From an uncultured Ignavibacteria bacterium (GTDB lineage: Bacteria > Bacteroidota > Ignavibacteria > Tepidaquicellales > OLB5): DNA of 64,000 nt. A model generated the notes under the pieces. It was not told where the DNA came from, made no database searches, and worked only from the letters and a program-made list of their open reading frames with translations. The translations under genes were made by a program, and so were the position numbers. Location of the stretch: positions 143,214-207,213 of the forward strand of contig CALMYL010000017.1 of the NCBI GenBank assembly GCA_937873695.1, read 5' to 3'. Positions 1 to 8,759 of this stretch are shown here, piece by piece. Each line of letters begins with the position of its first letter. Positions within the stretch are counted from its first letter, which is position 1.

Positions 1-319
1 AATTGATACAACTCAGTACTTTCGATGTCTTGTCGGGATCATAGTTATGCTCATTCAGGAAAGCCTTCGCAATTTCAATGCCTGCATCTTCGTGCCCCTG
101 GTATGATACGGTATAACCTGAATCATGGAACCATGCGGCTATTGTAACGATCTCAAGCTCAGAATTATCCAAACCTGACTTCTTGCCGATCTTACGCGCG
201 TTGTTCACCACATCCATTGTATGGGCAAAGTTATGATACATCATGTTTGGTGAGAGTTTTTCACTAAACAATTCTGATATGAAGATCTCGGCAGATTTTA
301 AAATATCGTGATGAGGCAT
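1..319 (-). CDS. HD-domain phosphohydrolase, N-terminal part (gene continues past the left window edge)
   Basis: Hand translation of the minus strand from ATG at 319-317 gives MPHHDILKSAEIFISELFSEKLSPNMMYHNFAHTMDVVNNARKIGKK...IAAWFHDSGYTVSYQGHEDAG. This carries the H..HD metal-binding signature. The frame is open to position 1, and it is absent from the ORF track because no stop lies in the window. Confidence 0.6.
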   Translation of the reverse strand, partial: MPHHDILKSAEIFISELFSEKLSPNMMYHNFAHTMDVVNNARKIGKKSGLDNSELEIVTIAAWFHDSGYTVSYQGHEDAGIEIAKAFLNEHNYDPDKTSKVLSCIN

Positions 320-396
320 ATTTTACTGTAAATTCCTGTTTAAAATATCCTTATTAAAAGAATTATTCAATATAATACAGCATGGCTGAAAAAATG

Positions 397-1860
397 CTAA
401 GGTTTCAAAAAAACTCTGATATCAATATTTTCCCAGGTCGTTTGATCAGCAATCATATAATCGATGAAATCCCTTGATATACTGTATTCATCACCATCCT
501 GGTGGTGTCTGTAAACCGGAATACTGAGACAATTATTCACCGTATCTTTGTAATCTTTCACCTGCTTAATACCGGCAATTGATTCAATTTCCTTCAATGT
601 AACATCATCATCTACAAAGGGTGAACCTTCAAGGTAGCTGCACCATACTATAAGTGCTTTTGGGGTATTGTTAAGATTAGTCTGCGATAGCAGAGTGAAT
701 TTCTTTCCGCCTGTTTGTGATTCATCAAGAGCATTTGCAATCTGGTGCATGTTGGTGATAATTTTATAGCCAGGATAGTTTTCCTGTGCAAAGGCAGTAA
801 TATCTTCAGATACTTTTTCAATTTCGAATTTATTATGGTATGGCACTGAATACGGCCCGAGAAGGAACATTATGAACAGTAACACTGCGCTTAATATCGT
901 ACTGCCGGCCGGATTCTTAAATCTGTCATAAAAATACCCAATTCCGGCAGCTGCCACAATTCCAAATGCAGGACCGACAACAGCTACATAACGTAATTGC
1001 CCTATGCTGCATGTCAAATTGAGACCCTTTAGCGCAAGCAATGTCTGAACCGCAATCCCGCCAAAGAAGATCAAAACCAGTATCCAGTAATCTTTAAGTT
1101 CTTTCTTGTAAAACAGAATTACTGCACCTGCAATAAAGAAGGCTGCCTGAATGAATCCGAATATTTTAGGGGAGTGCAGCAGGTAGTAATACCAGTCAAC
1201 CCCAACATCAATTTTCAGCAGTCTTGAGTGCAGGGTCATATCGTAGAAGAACTGGGTTGGGTTCAGGGTAATTATAGTAGTGTATAGATACCATAAAACG
1301 GGTCCGGTAATTGCCAATAGCAGAACACTATAATTCTTTCTGTATGCGTAAATCAGAAAGTAAATAGCACACACAAAAGAATATTCTGTGCGGAAAATAA
1401 AAATGAGAGAGGAAGTGATTAAAGCAAGCTTTGGTTTATCTTTAAGGTAGTAATAGAATGAAAGTACAATCAGGAATGCAGCCGGAAGCTCAGCCAGTGA
1501 GGTAAAAGAAATATTGAATAACACAGGCTGGAAGCCCAGCACCGGTATGACCCACTCGGCGTACGGTATATTTTTTTCCTTTAGGATCCTGTAGGAAAAG
1601 TAAATCGTCAGCAGAAAGATTAAAGCTGAAACAATTTGTACCCCTTTTAAACCGAACTGGGCGGGGATGGCGAAAAGTAAAACACGCCCCATTCTGTGCC
1701 ATGCGCCGGTGCTTTGTGAAAAAGAATCAAAGAAGTGCCTGTTATAATTAAAATGGCTGGAATCATCTATGAAGTAGAAGCCGTCAGAATTAAAGATCCA
1801 GACAGCCTGTACAATTATCAGCGCTATCCAGAAGAAGTATTTTCTTGTTTTGTTTTCCAA
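397..1860 (-). CDS. Polytopic membrane protein, GT-C-like (ArnT/PMT-type) glycosyltransferase candidate
   Basis: 487 aa with many hydrophobic helices followed by a soluble C-terminal domain of about 130 aa. The acidic first-loop motif FYFIDDSSH is typical of GT-C enzymes. This is a family-level guess only. Confidence 0.5.
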   Translation of the reverse strand: MENKTRKYFFWIALIIVQAVWIFNSDGFYFIDDSSHFNYNRHFFDSFSQSTGAWHRMGRVLLFAIPAQFGLKGVQIVSALIFLLTIYFSYRILKEKNIPYAEWVIPVLGFQPVLFNISFTSLAELPAAFLIVLSFYYYLKDKPKLALITSSLIFIFRTEYSFVCAIYFLIYAYRKNYSVLLLAITGPVLWYLYTTIITLNPTQFFYDMTLHSRLLKIDVGVDWYYYLLHSPKIFGFIQAAFFIAGAVILFYKKELKDYWILVLIFFGGIAVQTLLALKGLNLTCSIGQLRYVAVVGPAFGIVAAAGIGYFYDRFKNPAGSTILSAVLLFIMFLLGPYSVPYHNKFEIEKVSEDITAFAQENYPGYKIITNMHQIANALDESQTGGKKFTLLSQTNLNNTPKALIVWCSYLEGSPFVDDDVTLKEIESIAGIKQVKDYKDTVNNCLSIPVYRHHQDGDEYSISRDFIDYMIADQTTWENIDIRVFLKP

Positions 1861-2330
1861 TAAATGTAATTAGTTTACAATAATACTTTTATATTAACTG
1901 CATATCAATGAAATAATTGTGTGTTGCATTAGAACTTTTATATATTATCAATTATTGATAAATTAGAACATATACCTGATTCTATGAAATTAAATTATCA
2001 TAAATATTTCAGGCTGCAATTACTGCAGTGCACTCAAAAGAACATAATTGTTAATCACGGAGATTATGAATTTCACGGGGCGGCCGTTGGAGATATTTTA
2101 TTCTAGATAACTCATATAAAATATTCATCTCGGATGAAGAATTAACCCTGCTGCCTTTTAAAGCCGTTTATTTTGAAAAGCATAAAACACTGCTTGTTTC
2201 TGACGTTAATTTAGGAAAGGTTGCTCACTTTAAGAATTCACCTGTCTCTCTTCCGGACGGGCTTGCTGAAACAGACCTTGTTATACTTGATCAAATAATC
2301 AATAGCCTTGATATTGAAGGTATTTATATA

Positions 2331-2783
2331 TTGGGTGATCTGTTTCCTCATAATGAAAATTTTGATATGAGGTTATTTCTCCCCTGGAGAGAATTGCATC
2401 AGAATATTGATGTAAATTTGGTTAAAGAAAACCTAGATTACATATCTGATGAGGTATATAACAATTTCGATATTCGGCTGCACAGAAAATATTATCTTTG
2501 GAACAAGTTTCTTTTCACTCATAAACCGCTTGATAAGGATGTAAAACTGACTGGCTGCGATTATATATTCAGCGGGTATGTAAATCCGCGTGTCAACATT
2601 AACGGAAAAGGGGAGCGGCTTGAGAACCTTTCATGCTATTTTTTTGATGAAAAGCAGTGTATACTGCCGGCATTTGGTGCTCTTAACCGGAAAAGCCTTG
2701 TTAAACCTGCACAAAAGGAGAGGGCCTATGCAATATCAGAAAACGGAAACGGACCGGTTGTTTTGAAAGTTGACAGAATATAA
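2331..2783 (+). CDS. PdeM-like (ligase-associated) metallophosphoesterase homolog, C-terminal part. Homology continues upstream to about 2109 without an ATG/GTG/TTG start, so it may be degenerate or a pseudogene.
   Basis: The ORF begins at TTG inside the GDLFPH motif. The same frame upstream reads ...IFISDEELTLLPFKAVYFEKHKTLLVSDVNLGKVAHFK..LPDG...IYILGDLFPH, which matches the PdeM N-terminus. Catalytic motifs are altered: DxH to DVN, GNHD to ENLD, GHxHP to GYVNP. Confidence 0.5.
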   Translation: MGDLFPHNENFDMRLFLPWRELHQNIDVNLVKENLDYISDEVYNNFDIRLHRKYYLWNKFLFTHKPLDKDVKLTGCDYIFSGYVNPRVNINGKGERLENLSCYFFDEKQCILPAFGALNRKSLVKPAQKERAYAISENGNGPVVLKVDRI

Positions 2784-2810
2784 AAATCCCGCTATGCAGC
2801 GGGATTTTTT
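2784..2810. terminator. Bidirectional rho-independent terminator between the PdeM-like ORF and tRNA-Thr
   Basis: The stem ATCCCGC / GCGGGAT has a 6-nt loop and is flanked by an A-run on the left and T6 on the right. Confidence 0.75.
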
Positions 2811-2821
2811 AGTTTACAGTG

Positions 2822-2894
2822 AGCTAGCGACCGGGATCGAACCGGTGGCCTGCGCATTACGAATGCGCTGCTCTACCAGCTGAGCTACGCTAGC
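2822..2894 (-). tRNA. tRNA-Thr (anticodon CGT)
   Basis: The reverse complement folds by hand into a cloverleaf. Acceptor stem GCTAGCG/CGCTAGC, D stem GCTC/GAGC, anticodon stem GCGCA/TGCGC with loop TTCGTAA, T stem ACCGG/CCGGT with loop TTCGATC. Length is 73 nt and CCA is not encoded. Confidence 0.92.
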
Positions 2895-2956
2895 TTTCTA
2901 AATTATCAATTAATGATTTTCAACGATCAATTGCTCATTAAAAATTGAAAATTGAA

Positions 2957-4282
2957 TTAATACCTGTACCATTCAGCTTTGAACGGTCCTTCAACTTCAA
3001 CGCCTATGTACTTAGCCTGCTCAGGTGAAAGTTTTTCAAGTTTTGCACCAACCTTTGCAAGGTGAAGCCTTGCGACTTTTTCATCAAGATGTTTAGGCAG
3101 CACATACACTTTGTTTTCATAATTTGTATGATTTATCCATAGCTCAATCTGCGCAAGCACCTGGTTGCTGAAAGAATTTGACATCACAAAAGAAGGATGA
3201 CCCATTGCGCATCCAAGATTTACCAGCCTGCCTTCGGCAAGAACGATAATCTCATTGCCGTCAACATTATAAATATCAACCTGCGGTTTTATGGTTTCTT
3301 TTGTTTTGCCGTAATTTTTGTTCAGCCATGCCATATCAATTTCATTATCAAAATGCCCGATATTGCAGACGATTGCTTTATCTTTCATTGATTTGAAATG
3401 CCTGTCTGTGATAATATTCAGATTACCGGTTGCAGTAACAAGAATATCAGCAACTTTTGAAGCTTCATCCATCGTTACAACCTGATAGCCATCCATAGCA
3501 GCCTGCAGTGCGCAGATAGGATCGATTTCTGTAACCATTACTCTTGCACCAGCACCGCGTAATGACTGAGCAGAACCTTTGCCTACATCACCGTACCCGG
3601 CAACAACAGCCAGCTTACCTGCCATCATAACATCTGTTGCGCGCCTGATAGCGTCAACAAGTGATTCTTTGCAGCCGTATTTGTTATCGAATTTAGATTT
3701 TGTAACAGAGTCGTTAACATTAATACACGGAAGTGAAAGTGTACCGTTTTTCATTCTTTCATACAGTCTGTGAACGCCTGTTGTGGTTTCTTCGCTGATA
3801 CCTTTAATGCCTGCAATCAATTCAGGGTAATCATCAAGTACCATGTTGGTTAAGTCACCGCCGTCATCAAGTATCATGTTTAGCGGCTTATCAAATGAGC
3901 CAAAGAATAAAGTCTGCTCTATGCACCAGTTAAATTCCTCTTCGTTCATGCCTTTCCATGCGTAAACCGGGATACCTGCCGCGGCAATAGCTGCTGCCGC
4001 GTGATCCTGCGTGGAAAAAATATTGCATGATGACCATTTTACTTCAGCGCCAAGTTCAATGAGTGTTTCGATCAACACAGCGGTCTGAATTGTCATGTGT
4101 AAACATCCGGCAATTCTTGCCCCTTTTAAGGGCTTCGAATTTTTGTACTCTTCTCTTATAGCCATTAAACCCGGCATTTCTGCTTCAGCCAGGCGGATCT
4201 CTTTTCTTCCCCATTCAGCAAGTGAAAGATCTTTCACTTTGAATTTTTCAAGCTTTAAATCTTTTTCTAATGTTTTTGGCAT
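2957..4282 (-). CDS. ahcY: Adenosylhomocysteinase (S-adenosyl-L-homocysteine hydrolase)
   Basis: 441 aa. N-terminus [23 protein letters not shown]-binding [17 protein letters not shown], and the C-terminal ..YRY tail are all characteristic of AhcY. Confidence 0.96.
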   Translation of the reverse strand: MPKTLEKDLKLEKFKVKDLSLAEWGRKEIRLAEAEMPGLMAIREEYKNSKPLKGARIAGCLHMTIQTAVLIETLIELGAEVKWSSCNIFSTQDHAAAAIAAAGIPVYAWKGMNEEEFNWCIEQTLFFGSFDKPLNMILDDGGDLTNMVLDDYPELIAGIKGISEETTTGVHRLYERMKNGTLSLPCINVNDSVTKSKFDNKYGCKESLVDAIRRATDVMMAGKLAVVAGYGDVGKGSAQSLRGAGARVMVTEIDPICALQAAMDGYQVVTMDEASKVADILVTATGNLNIITDRHFKSMKDKAIVCNIGHFDNEIDMAWLNKNYGKTKETIKPQVDIYNVDGNEIIVLAEGRLVNLGCAMGHPSFVMSNSFSNQVLAQIELWINHTNYENKVYVLPKHLDEKVARLHLAKVGAKLEKLSPEQAKYIGVEVEGPFKAEWYRY

Positions 4283-4292
4283 TTTGTTATAT

Positions 4293-4616
4293 TTATTGTT
4301 TAATATTTAATATTTGTATTAATTTTATATCAATTTTCAAAATCTCTGAATCTTCAATAACTCCCAATTTTCCCAGAACAAGATCTTTTCTTAATGCTGC
4401 AATCTTAAATAAGTTCAATTTTGAATTTTGTTTTAGCTTATTACTTTCAGTTGCTTCAATTAGAATTTCATCGTTACTCAAAGAATTTGTATTAGTTGTA
4501 ATGAAAGCTGTTAGAACATCCTGTGCTCTTTCTGCCAGAATCATTGCCGGTCTTAATTTGCTGCCGGATAGATCTGTAAATGGAAACTTTACAAGGACAA
4601 TTTCTCCTTTTTTCAT
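4293..4616 (-). CDS. PemK/MazF-family type II toxin (endoribonuclease)
   Basis: 107 aa. The N-terminus [25 protein letters not shown] matches the MazF/PemK signature. Its start overlaps the stop of the upstream small ORF by 4 nt. Confidence 0.8.
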   Translation of the reverse strand: MKKGEIVLVKFPFTDLSGSKLRPAMILAERAQDVLTAFITTNTNSLSNDEILIEATESNKLKQNSKLNLFKIAALRKDLVLGKLGVIEDSEILKIDIKLIQILNIKQ

Positions 4617-4840
4617 TGATATCTAACAGTTAAATCTTTTTCCGAATAAAGGTCAGGTTCATCTTTTAGAAAAGAATATGATACTGAATCCTGTACTAAT
4701 TTCAAAAAGCCTCTTTCAAAAATTTCATCATTTTTGTCATTAAAATATTTCATAAGCATGTTTCGTATTTCTTCAGCTTTATTGTCAGGAAGTTTGTTCA
4801 ATATTTCAATTGTATCAGAAATGATCTGTTGTTTTGTCAT
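4613..4840 (-). CDS. Putative cognate antitoxin (DUF2281-like small protein)
   Basis: 75 aa, directly upstream of and overlapping the MazF-like gene by 4 nt. The motifs ILNKLPDNKAEEIRNMLMKYF and the C-terminal EPDLYSEKDL resemble small antitoxins that pair with MazF or PIN toxins. Confidence 0.55.
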   Translation of the reverse strand: MTKQQIISDTIEILNKLPDNKAEEIRNMLMKYFNDKNDEIFERGFLKLVQDSVSYSFLKDEPDLYSEKDLTVRYQ

Positions 4841-5400
4841 TTTTTGTTTCCTTTCAAAGAACTCTCCAGTACTTTTTTAAATATAGATGTGGTGTTCTCA
4901 TCCAATAAACAGAACACTACTTTTTCAATCGTGGTTTCTTCTTTGGCTTTTTTCTTTTCGTTAAAATATTCTATTGTTGTATCTACAATTATCCTGGCAC
5001 TTTCTTCAACCGGGTAACCGAATATACCGGAGCTTACAGCCGGTATGGCAATTGATTTCAGTTTCTTCACTTCAGCAACTTTTAATGCATTACTTACCGC
5101 TGAAGCAAGTTTTTCCGGTTCACCTGATTTGCCGTCTTTGTATCTTGGACCAACAGCATGTATAACATGCTTTGTTTTCATGTTTCCGCCGGTTGTAATT
5201 ACAGCACTGCCTGTCTGTACATTACCTATTTTCTTTGATTCCTGCTGAATTATCATTCCGCCGCGTTTTACAATTGCTGCAGCAAGTCCGCCGGTATGCA
5301 TAAGGAAAGTGTTGGCGGGGTTCACTATTGCATCAGTTTCAAGCAGGGTAATATCACCCTGTATTACTTCAAATTCTGTATTTGCTATTTTTGCAGACAT
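4837..5400 (-). CDS. Macro-domain protein (MacroD/YmdB-type ADP-ribose or O-acetyl-ADP-ribose hydrolase)
   Basis: 187 aa with GDITLLETDAIVNPANTFLMHTGGLAAAI, HAVGP and the SSGIFGYP catalytic loop. Confidence 0.85.
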   Translation of the reverse strand: MSAKIANTEFEVIQGDITLLETDAIVNPANTFLMHTGGLAAAIVKRGGMIIQQESKKIGNVQTGSAVITTGGNMKTKHVIHAVGPRYKDGKSGEPEKLASAVSNALKVAEVKKLKSIAIPAVSSGIFGYPVEESARIIVDTTIEYFNEKKKAKEETTIEKVVFCLLDENTTSIFKKVLESSLKGNKK

Positions 5401-5765
5401 TATATTCTAATTTTGTGCCTAAATGAATCTGTTACTTCAATTATTCCAGAGATATTTTTGTTGAAGTTATCAAGCTCAGTAGAATCGATCCAGTATTCCA
5501 AATGTGTTGAATTACCTGCTTGCCTTATTTCAAATCCTGAAATGTAATCCAGTTTAATTTCAAATTTCGTAACGAAACCTTCAAAGTTGTTATCTTCTGA
5601 ATCTGAATTCCAATCTCTCGCAATCTGCACTGCATACTCGTAATTTACCACAGGGTAAAAAATCGGCTGTTCCGGTAATCTTGCCGGAAATGCTTTAAAT
5701 CCCGATTCCTTTATTAATTCTAATTCTTTGGGTCCAACAGGTCTGTATAATGTTACCGTCTCCAA
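5400..5765 (-). CDS. Conserved hypothetical protein of 121 aa whose stop overlaps the macro-domain gene start
   Basis: The ORF looks coding (LYRPVGPKELELIKESGFKAFPARLPEQPIFYPVVNYEYAVQIARDWN...). Its stop overlaps the macro start in a TAATG junction. It starts 2 nt after the aspS stop. I cannot name a family for it. Confidence 0.6.
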   Translation of the reverse strand: METVTLYRPVGPKELELIKESGFKAFPARLPEQPIFYPVVNYEYAVQIARDWNSDSEDNNFEGFVTKFEIKLDYISGFEIRQAGNSTHLEYWIDSTELDNFNKNISGIIEVTDSFRHKIRI

Positions 5766-5767
5766 AA

Positions 5768-7558
5768 CTACCCTATTGTGATTCCAAGATCCTTCAATTG
5801 TCTCGCATCCACTGGACTTGGTGAATTATCCATTAATCCAACAGCGCTGGTTGTTTTTGGGAACGCGATCGTTTCGCGGATATCTTTAGTACCGCAAAGT
5901 GTTGCGATAATTCTGTCAAACCCTAATGCGAAACCTCCATGGGGCGGAGCCCCGTACTTAAATGCACCAAGTAAGAACCCGAATTTTTCTTCCTGCTCTT
6001 CTTTGGTTAGTTCAAGTACATTAAATACCATTTCCTGTATATCGCTTCTGTGTATCCTTATGCTGCCTGAGCCGAATTCACTGCCGTTGCATACCATATC
6101 ATAACAGGTTGCCCTTATGGATGTGAGCAGATCAACATTCTCTTTTGGAGATTTGCTCCCGGTTTCAAGCTTATTCATATCCGCGTCATGCGGCATTGTA
6201 AATGCGTGATGCTCAGCTGCAATGGTACCGGATTCTTCATCATAACCAAACAGCGGGAAATCATTCACCCATAAGAATTCATCCCGGGTTTCATCTACCA
6301 AACTGAATTGATCAGCAAGTTTTAATCTTAAGTTACCAAGTCCATGCAAAACTTTTTTCTTTTCACCTGAAAGAATGAAAACAACATCACCGCCGGCGGC
6401 ACTAAAGCAATTTTTGATCCCGGTCTGTATATCTTCGCTTAAAAATTTAAGCATTGGTGAAGCTGTTGTGCCGTCATTATTATATTTAATGTATCCAAGT
6501 CCGCCGAATTTTAATGTCTTAACGTATTCAGTCAAGCCATCAATAATTTTTCTGGTTACATCCTGCCCCGGGAGTTTTATTCCGGCAACTATTCCGTTAC
6601 CCGAAATTGCGTCAGCAAAAACTTTAAAATCAGTTGTTCTGACAATTTCCGTTATATCAGAGATCTTTAACTCACATTTAATTCTCAGGTCAGGTTTATC
6701 GCTGCCGTAAGTCTGCATCGCTTCATCATAGCTCATTACGGTGAACGGCTGTTTCAGCTCAGCACCTTTTATATTCTTCCAGATATCACAAATTACTCCC
6801 TCAACAACCCTGAACACATCTTTTTCTTCCACAAAGCTCATTTCAAGATCGATCTGTGTGAATTCCGGCTGACGGTCAGCTCTAAGATCTTCATCACGGA
6901 AACATTTGCATATCTGCACGTAGCGGTCCATTCCGCTGACCATTAAAATCTGCTTATAAGTTTGCGGTGATTGCGGCAATGCATAGAACTTTCCTTTATG
7001 TACACGTGAAGGAACCAGATAATCACGTGCACCTTCAGGAGTTGATTTCATTAAGATAGGGGTTTCAACTTCAATAAATTTTTCGCGCTCAAAATATTTA
7101 TGAACAATGTTGTATACATCACTTCTTAACACAAGGTTATCGGCTATCTTTTTTCTTCTTAAGTCAAGGTAACGGTACTTAAAGCGAAGCTCTTCTGATG
7201 CCTTAACATCTTCTTCAACAACAAACGGAGTTACCTCTGAAGTATTCAGAATTTCAAGTCCGGTTGCAAGTACTTCAACTTCGCCTGTTGGCATATTTGG
7301 ATTTACGGATGATCTTTTCTGCACCAAACCGGTGGCTGAAACAACATACTCAAGCCCAAGTGATTTAGCAGTATCGTATATCCTCTTATTTTCGGAATTC
7401 ACAGTTACCTGCGAAATACCGTATCTATCGCGTAAATTAACAAAAATAACGCCTCCAAGATCACGCACTTGTGATACCCAGCCGTTTAATGTAACAGTTT
7501 TTCCTTCATCGGCAAGCCTTAGCTCGCCGCAGGTATTAGTTCGTTTAGTAAATTTCAT
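5768..7558 (-). CDS. aspS: Aspartate--tRNA ligase
   Basis: Class II aminoacyl-tRNA synthetase. N-terminal OB fold VTLNGWVSQVRDLGGVIFVNLRDRYG, motif 2 FRDEDLRADRQPEFTQID, motif 3 GGFALGFDRI. I place the start at Met22 of the track ORF (MKFTKRTNTCGELR). A TTGAAA-N17-TATTTTTG promoter lies inside the 5' extension 7559-7621. Confidence 0.95.
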   Translation of the reverse strand: MKFTKRTNTCGELRLADEGKTVTLNGWVSQVRDLGGVIFVNLRDRYGISQVTVNSENKRIYDTAKSLGLEYVVSATGLVQKRSSVNPNMPTGEVEVLATGLEILNTSEVTPFVVEEDVKASEELRFKYRYLDLRRKKIADNLVLRSDVYNIVHKYFEREKFIEVETPILMKSTPEGARDYLVPSRVHKGKFYALPQSPQTYKQILMVSGMDRYVQICKCFRDEDLRADRQPEFTQIDLEMSFVEEKDVFRVVEGVICDIWKNIKGAELKQPFTVMSYDEAMQTYGSDKPDLRIKCELKISDITEIVRTTDFKVFADAISGNGIVAGIKLPGQDVTRKIIDGLTEYVKTLKFGGLGYIKYNNDGTTASPMLKFLSEDIQTGIKNCFSAAGGDVVFILSGEKKKVLHGLGNLRLKLADQFSLVDETRDEFLWVNDFPLFGYDEESGTIAAEHHAFTMPHDADMNKLETGSKSPKENVDLLTSIRATCYDMVCNGSEFGSGSIRIHRSDIQEMVFNVLELTKEEQEEKFGFLLGAFKYGAPPHGGFALGFDRIIATLCGTKDIRETIAFPKTTSAVGLMDNSPSPVDARQLKDLGITIG

Positions 7559-7565
7559 AGAACTA

Positions 7566-7596
7566 CAAAAATACGCAAAATTTCGCAGGGTTTCAA
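7566..7596 (-). promoter_or_regulatory. aspS promoter (TTGAAA-N17-TATTTTTG)
   Basis: The plus strand shows CAAAAATA at 7566-7573 and CAA at 7594-7596. The motif ends 7 nt upstream of the ATG at 7558, so the mRNA would be leaderless or nearly so. Confidence 0.55.
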
Positions 7597-7621
7597 TGAA
7601 TGAATAAATTACCCTTTTCAA

Positions 7622-7652
7622 TTGAATAAGCCACCATTTAACCCTATATTTG
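7622..7652 (+). promoter_or_regulatory. Promoter of the hldA-hldC-tamB-rnr gene string (TTGAAT-N17-TATATTTG)
   Basis: TTG at 7622-7624, 20 nt, then TATATTTG at 7645-7652. It is divergent from the aspS promoter. Confidence 0.55.
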
Positions 7653-7690
7653 CTTAATTTTATTCATTTTTGCAAAAACAATTTAGATAG

Positions 7691-8692
7691 TTGAATATAA
7701 CAGAAGCAAAATTAAAAACAATATTCAAGAGTGCTAAGGGCAGGAAAATTGCTGTTATTGGCGATGTTATGCTGGATAAGTACGTTTATGGCACTATTTC
7801 TAGGATTTCGCCCGAAGCACCGGTGCCCGTAGTTGATATTGATAAGACTGAATATAGACTTGGCGGAGCCGCAAATGTAGCAAATAACATCAAAGCGCTT
7901 GATGCAGAACCGGTACTGATCGGTGTTATAGGTAATGATTATGATTCAAAACACTATCTGGATGTAATGAAAATGCTTGGGCTTTCAGCATCCGGAATAA
8001 TTAAGGACAGCAGCAGACCAACAACTTCTAAAACGAGGGTAATTGCTCACTCGCAGCACGTATTAAGGGTTGATAGTGAAATTAAGGATGATGTATCTGA
8101 TAATACCCGCAGGAAAATAATCGACTTCTTTACAAAAAATGTAAAGAATTTTGCTGCTGTTATTCTGCAGGATTACAACAAAGGTGTACTGACCAAAGAA
8201 ATGATCTCAAAGATCATTTCTATAAGCAGGAAATTCAAAAAACCCGTTTACGTTGATCCTAAATTCCATAATTTTTTTGAATTCAGAGATGTAACGGTAT
8301 TTAAACCCAACCGGAAAGAAACCGCTGATATTCTCGCAATGAAAATTGACGGGGAAGAATCAGTGAAAGAAGCCGGCAGGATTCTTATTGATAGATTGAA
8401 CTGCGAGTACCTTGTACTCACACGAGGTGAAAAAGGGATGATGCTATTCGATAAGGAAAAAAATAAGACTGTGATACTGAATATTCCAACCAAAGCAAGA
8501 AGAGTTGCTGATGTTTCAGGTGCAGGTGATACGGTAATTTCTACAATTGCAGTTATGCTTGCCGGAGGCGCGAATATAATTGAAGCAGTAATGCTTGCAA
8601 ACCAGGCTGCAGGGATTGTTTGTGAAGAAGTTGGAATAATACCGATATATAAAAACGCATTGATAGATTCATATAAACGTAAAACCTTTTGA
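7691..8692 (+). CDS. hldA: D-glycero-beta-D-manno-heptose-7-phosphate kinase (RfaE domain I, PfkB family)
   Basis: 333 aa. N-terminus KIAVIGDVMLDKYVYG and the PfkB signature DVSGAGDTVISTIA. TTG start; the next in-frame Met would cut into the GDVMLD motif. Confidence 0.82.
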   Translation: MNITEAKLKTIFKSAKGRKIAVIGDVMLDKYVYGTISRISPEAPVPVVDIDKTEYRLGGAANVANNIKALDAEPVLIGVIGNDYDSKHYLDVMKMLGLSASGIIKDSSRPTTSKTRVIAHSQHVLRVDSEIKDDVSDNTRRKIIDFFTKNVKNFAAVILQDYNKGVLTKEMISKIISISRKFKKPVYVDPKFHNFFEFRDVTVFKPNRKETADILAMKIDGEESVKEAGRILIDRLNCEYLVLTRGEKGMMLFDKEKNKTVILNIPTKARRVADVSGAGDTVISTIAVMLAGGANIIEAVMLANQAAGIVCEEVGIIPIYKNALIDSYKRKTF

Positions 8693-8759
8693 AGCAAGCT
8701 TCGCAAGGCAAACGTGTATCGTGACTGCATATTATAATAAATAACGGAAGATTTAGTAA

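Noticed and set aside
1946-1962. A perfect 8+1+8 palindrome, TTATCAATTATTGATAA, in the divergent region between the GT-C-like gene and the PdeM-like ORF
   Set aside because: It is pure AT-rich sequence in an AT-rich spacer. A few such palindromes are expected by chance in 64 kb, and there is no supporting promoter or second copy.
7559-7621. A 21-codon N-terminal extension of aspS in the ORF track (MKRVIYSFIETLRNFAYFCSS)
   Set aside because: It contains the aspS promoter motif itself, at 7566-7596. AspS homologs start close to the M..RT..CGELR motif, which begins at Met22.
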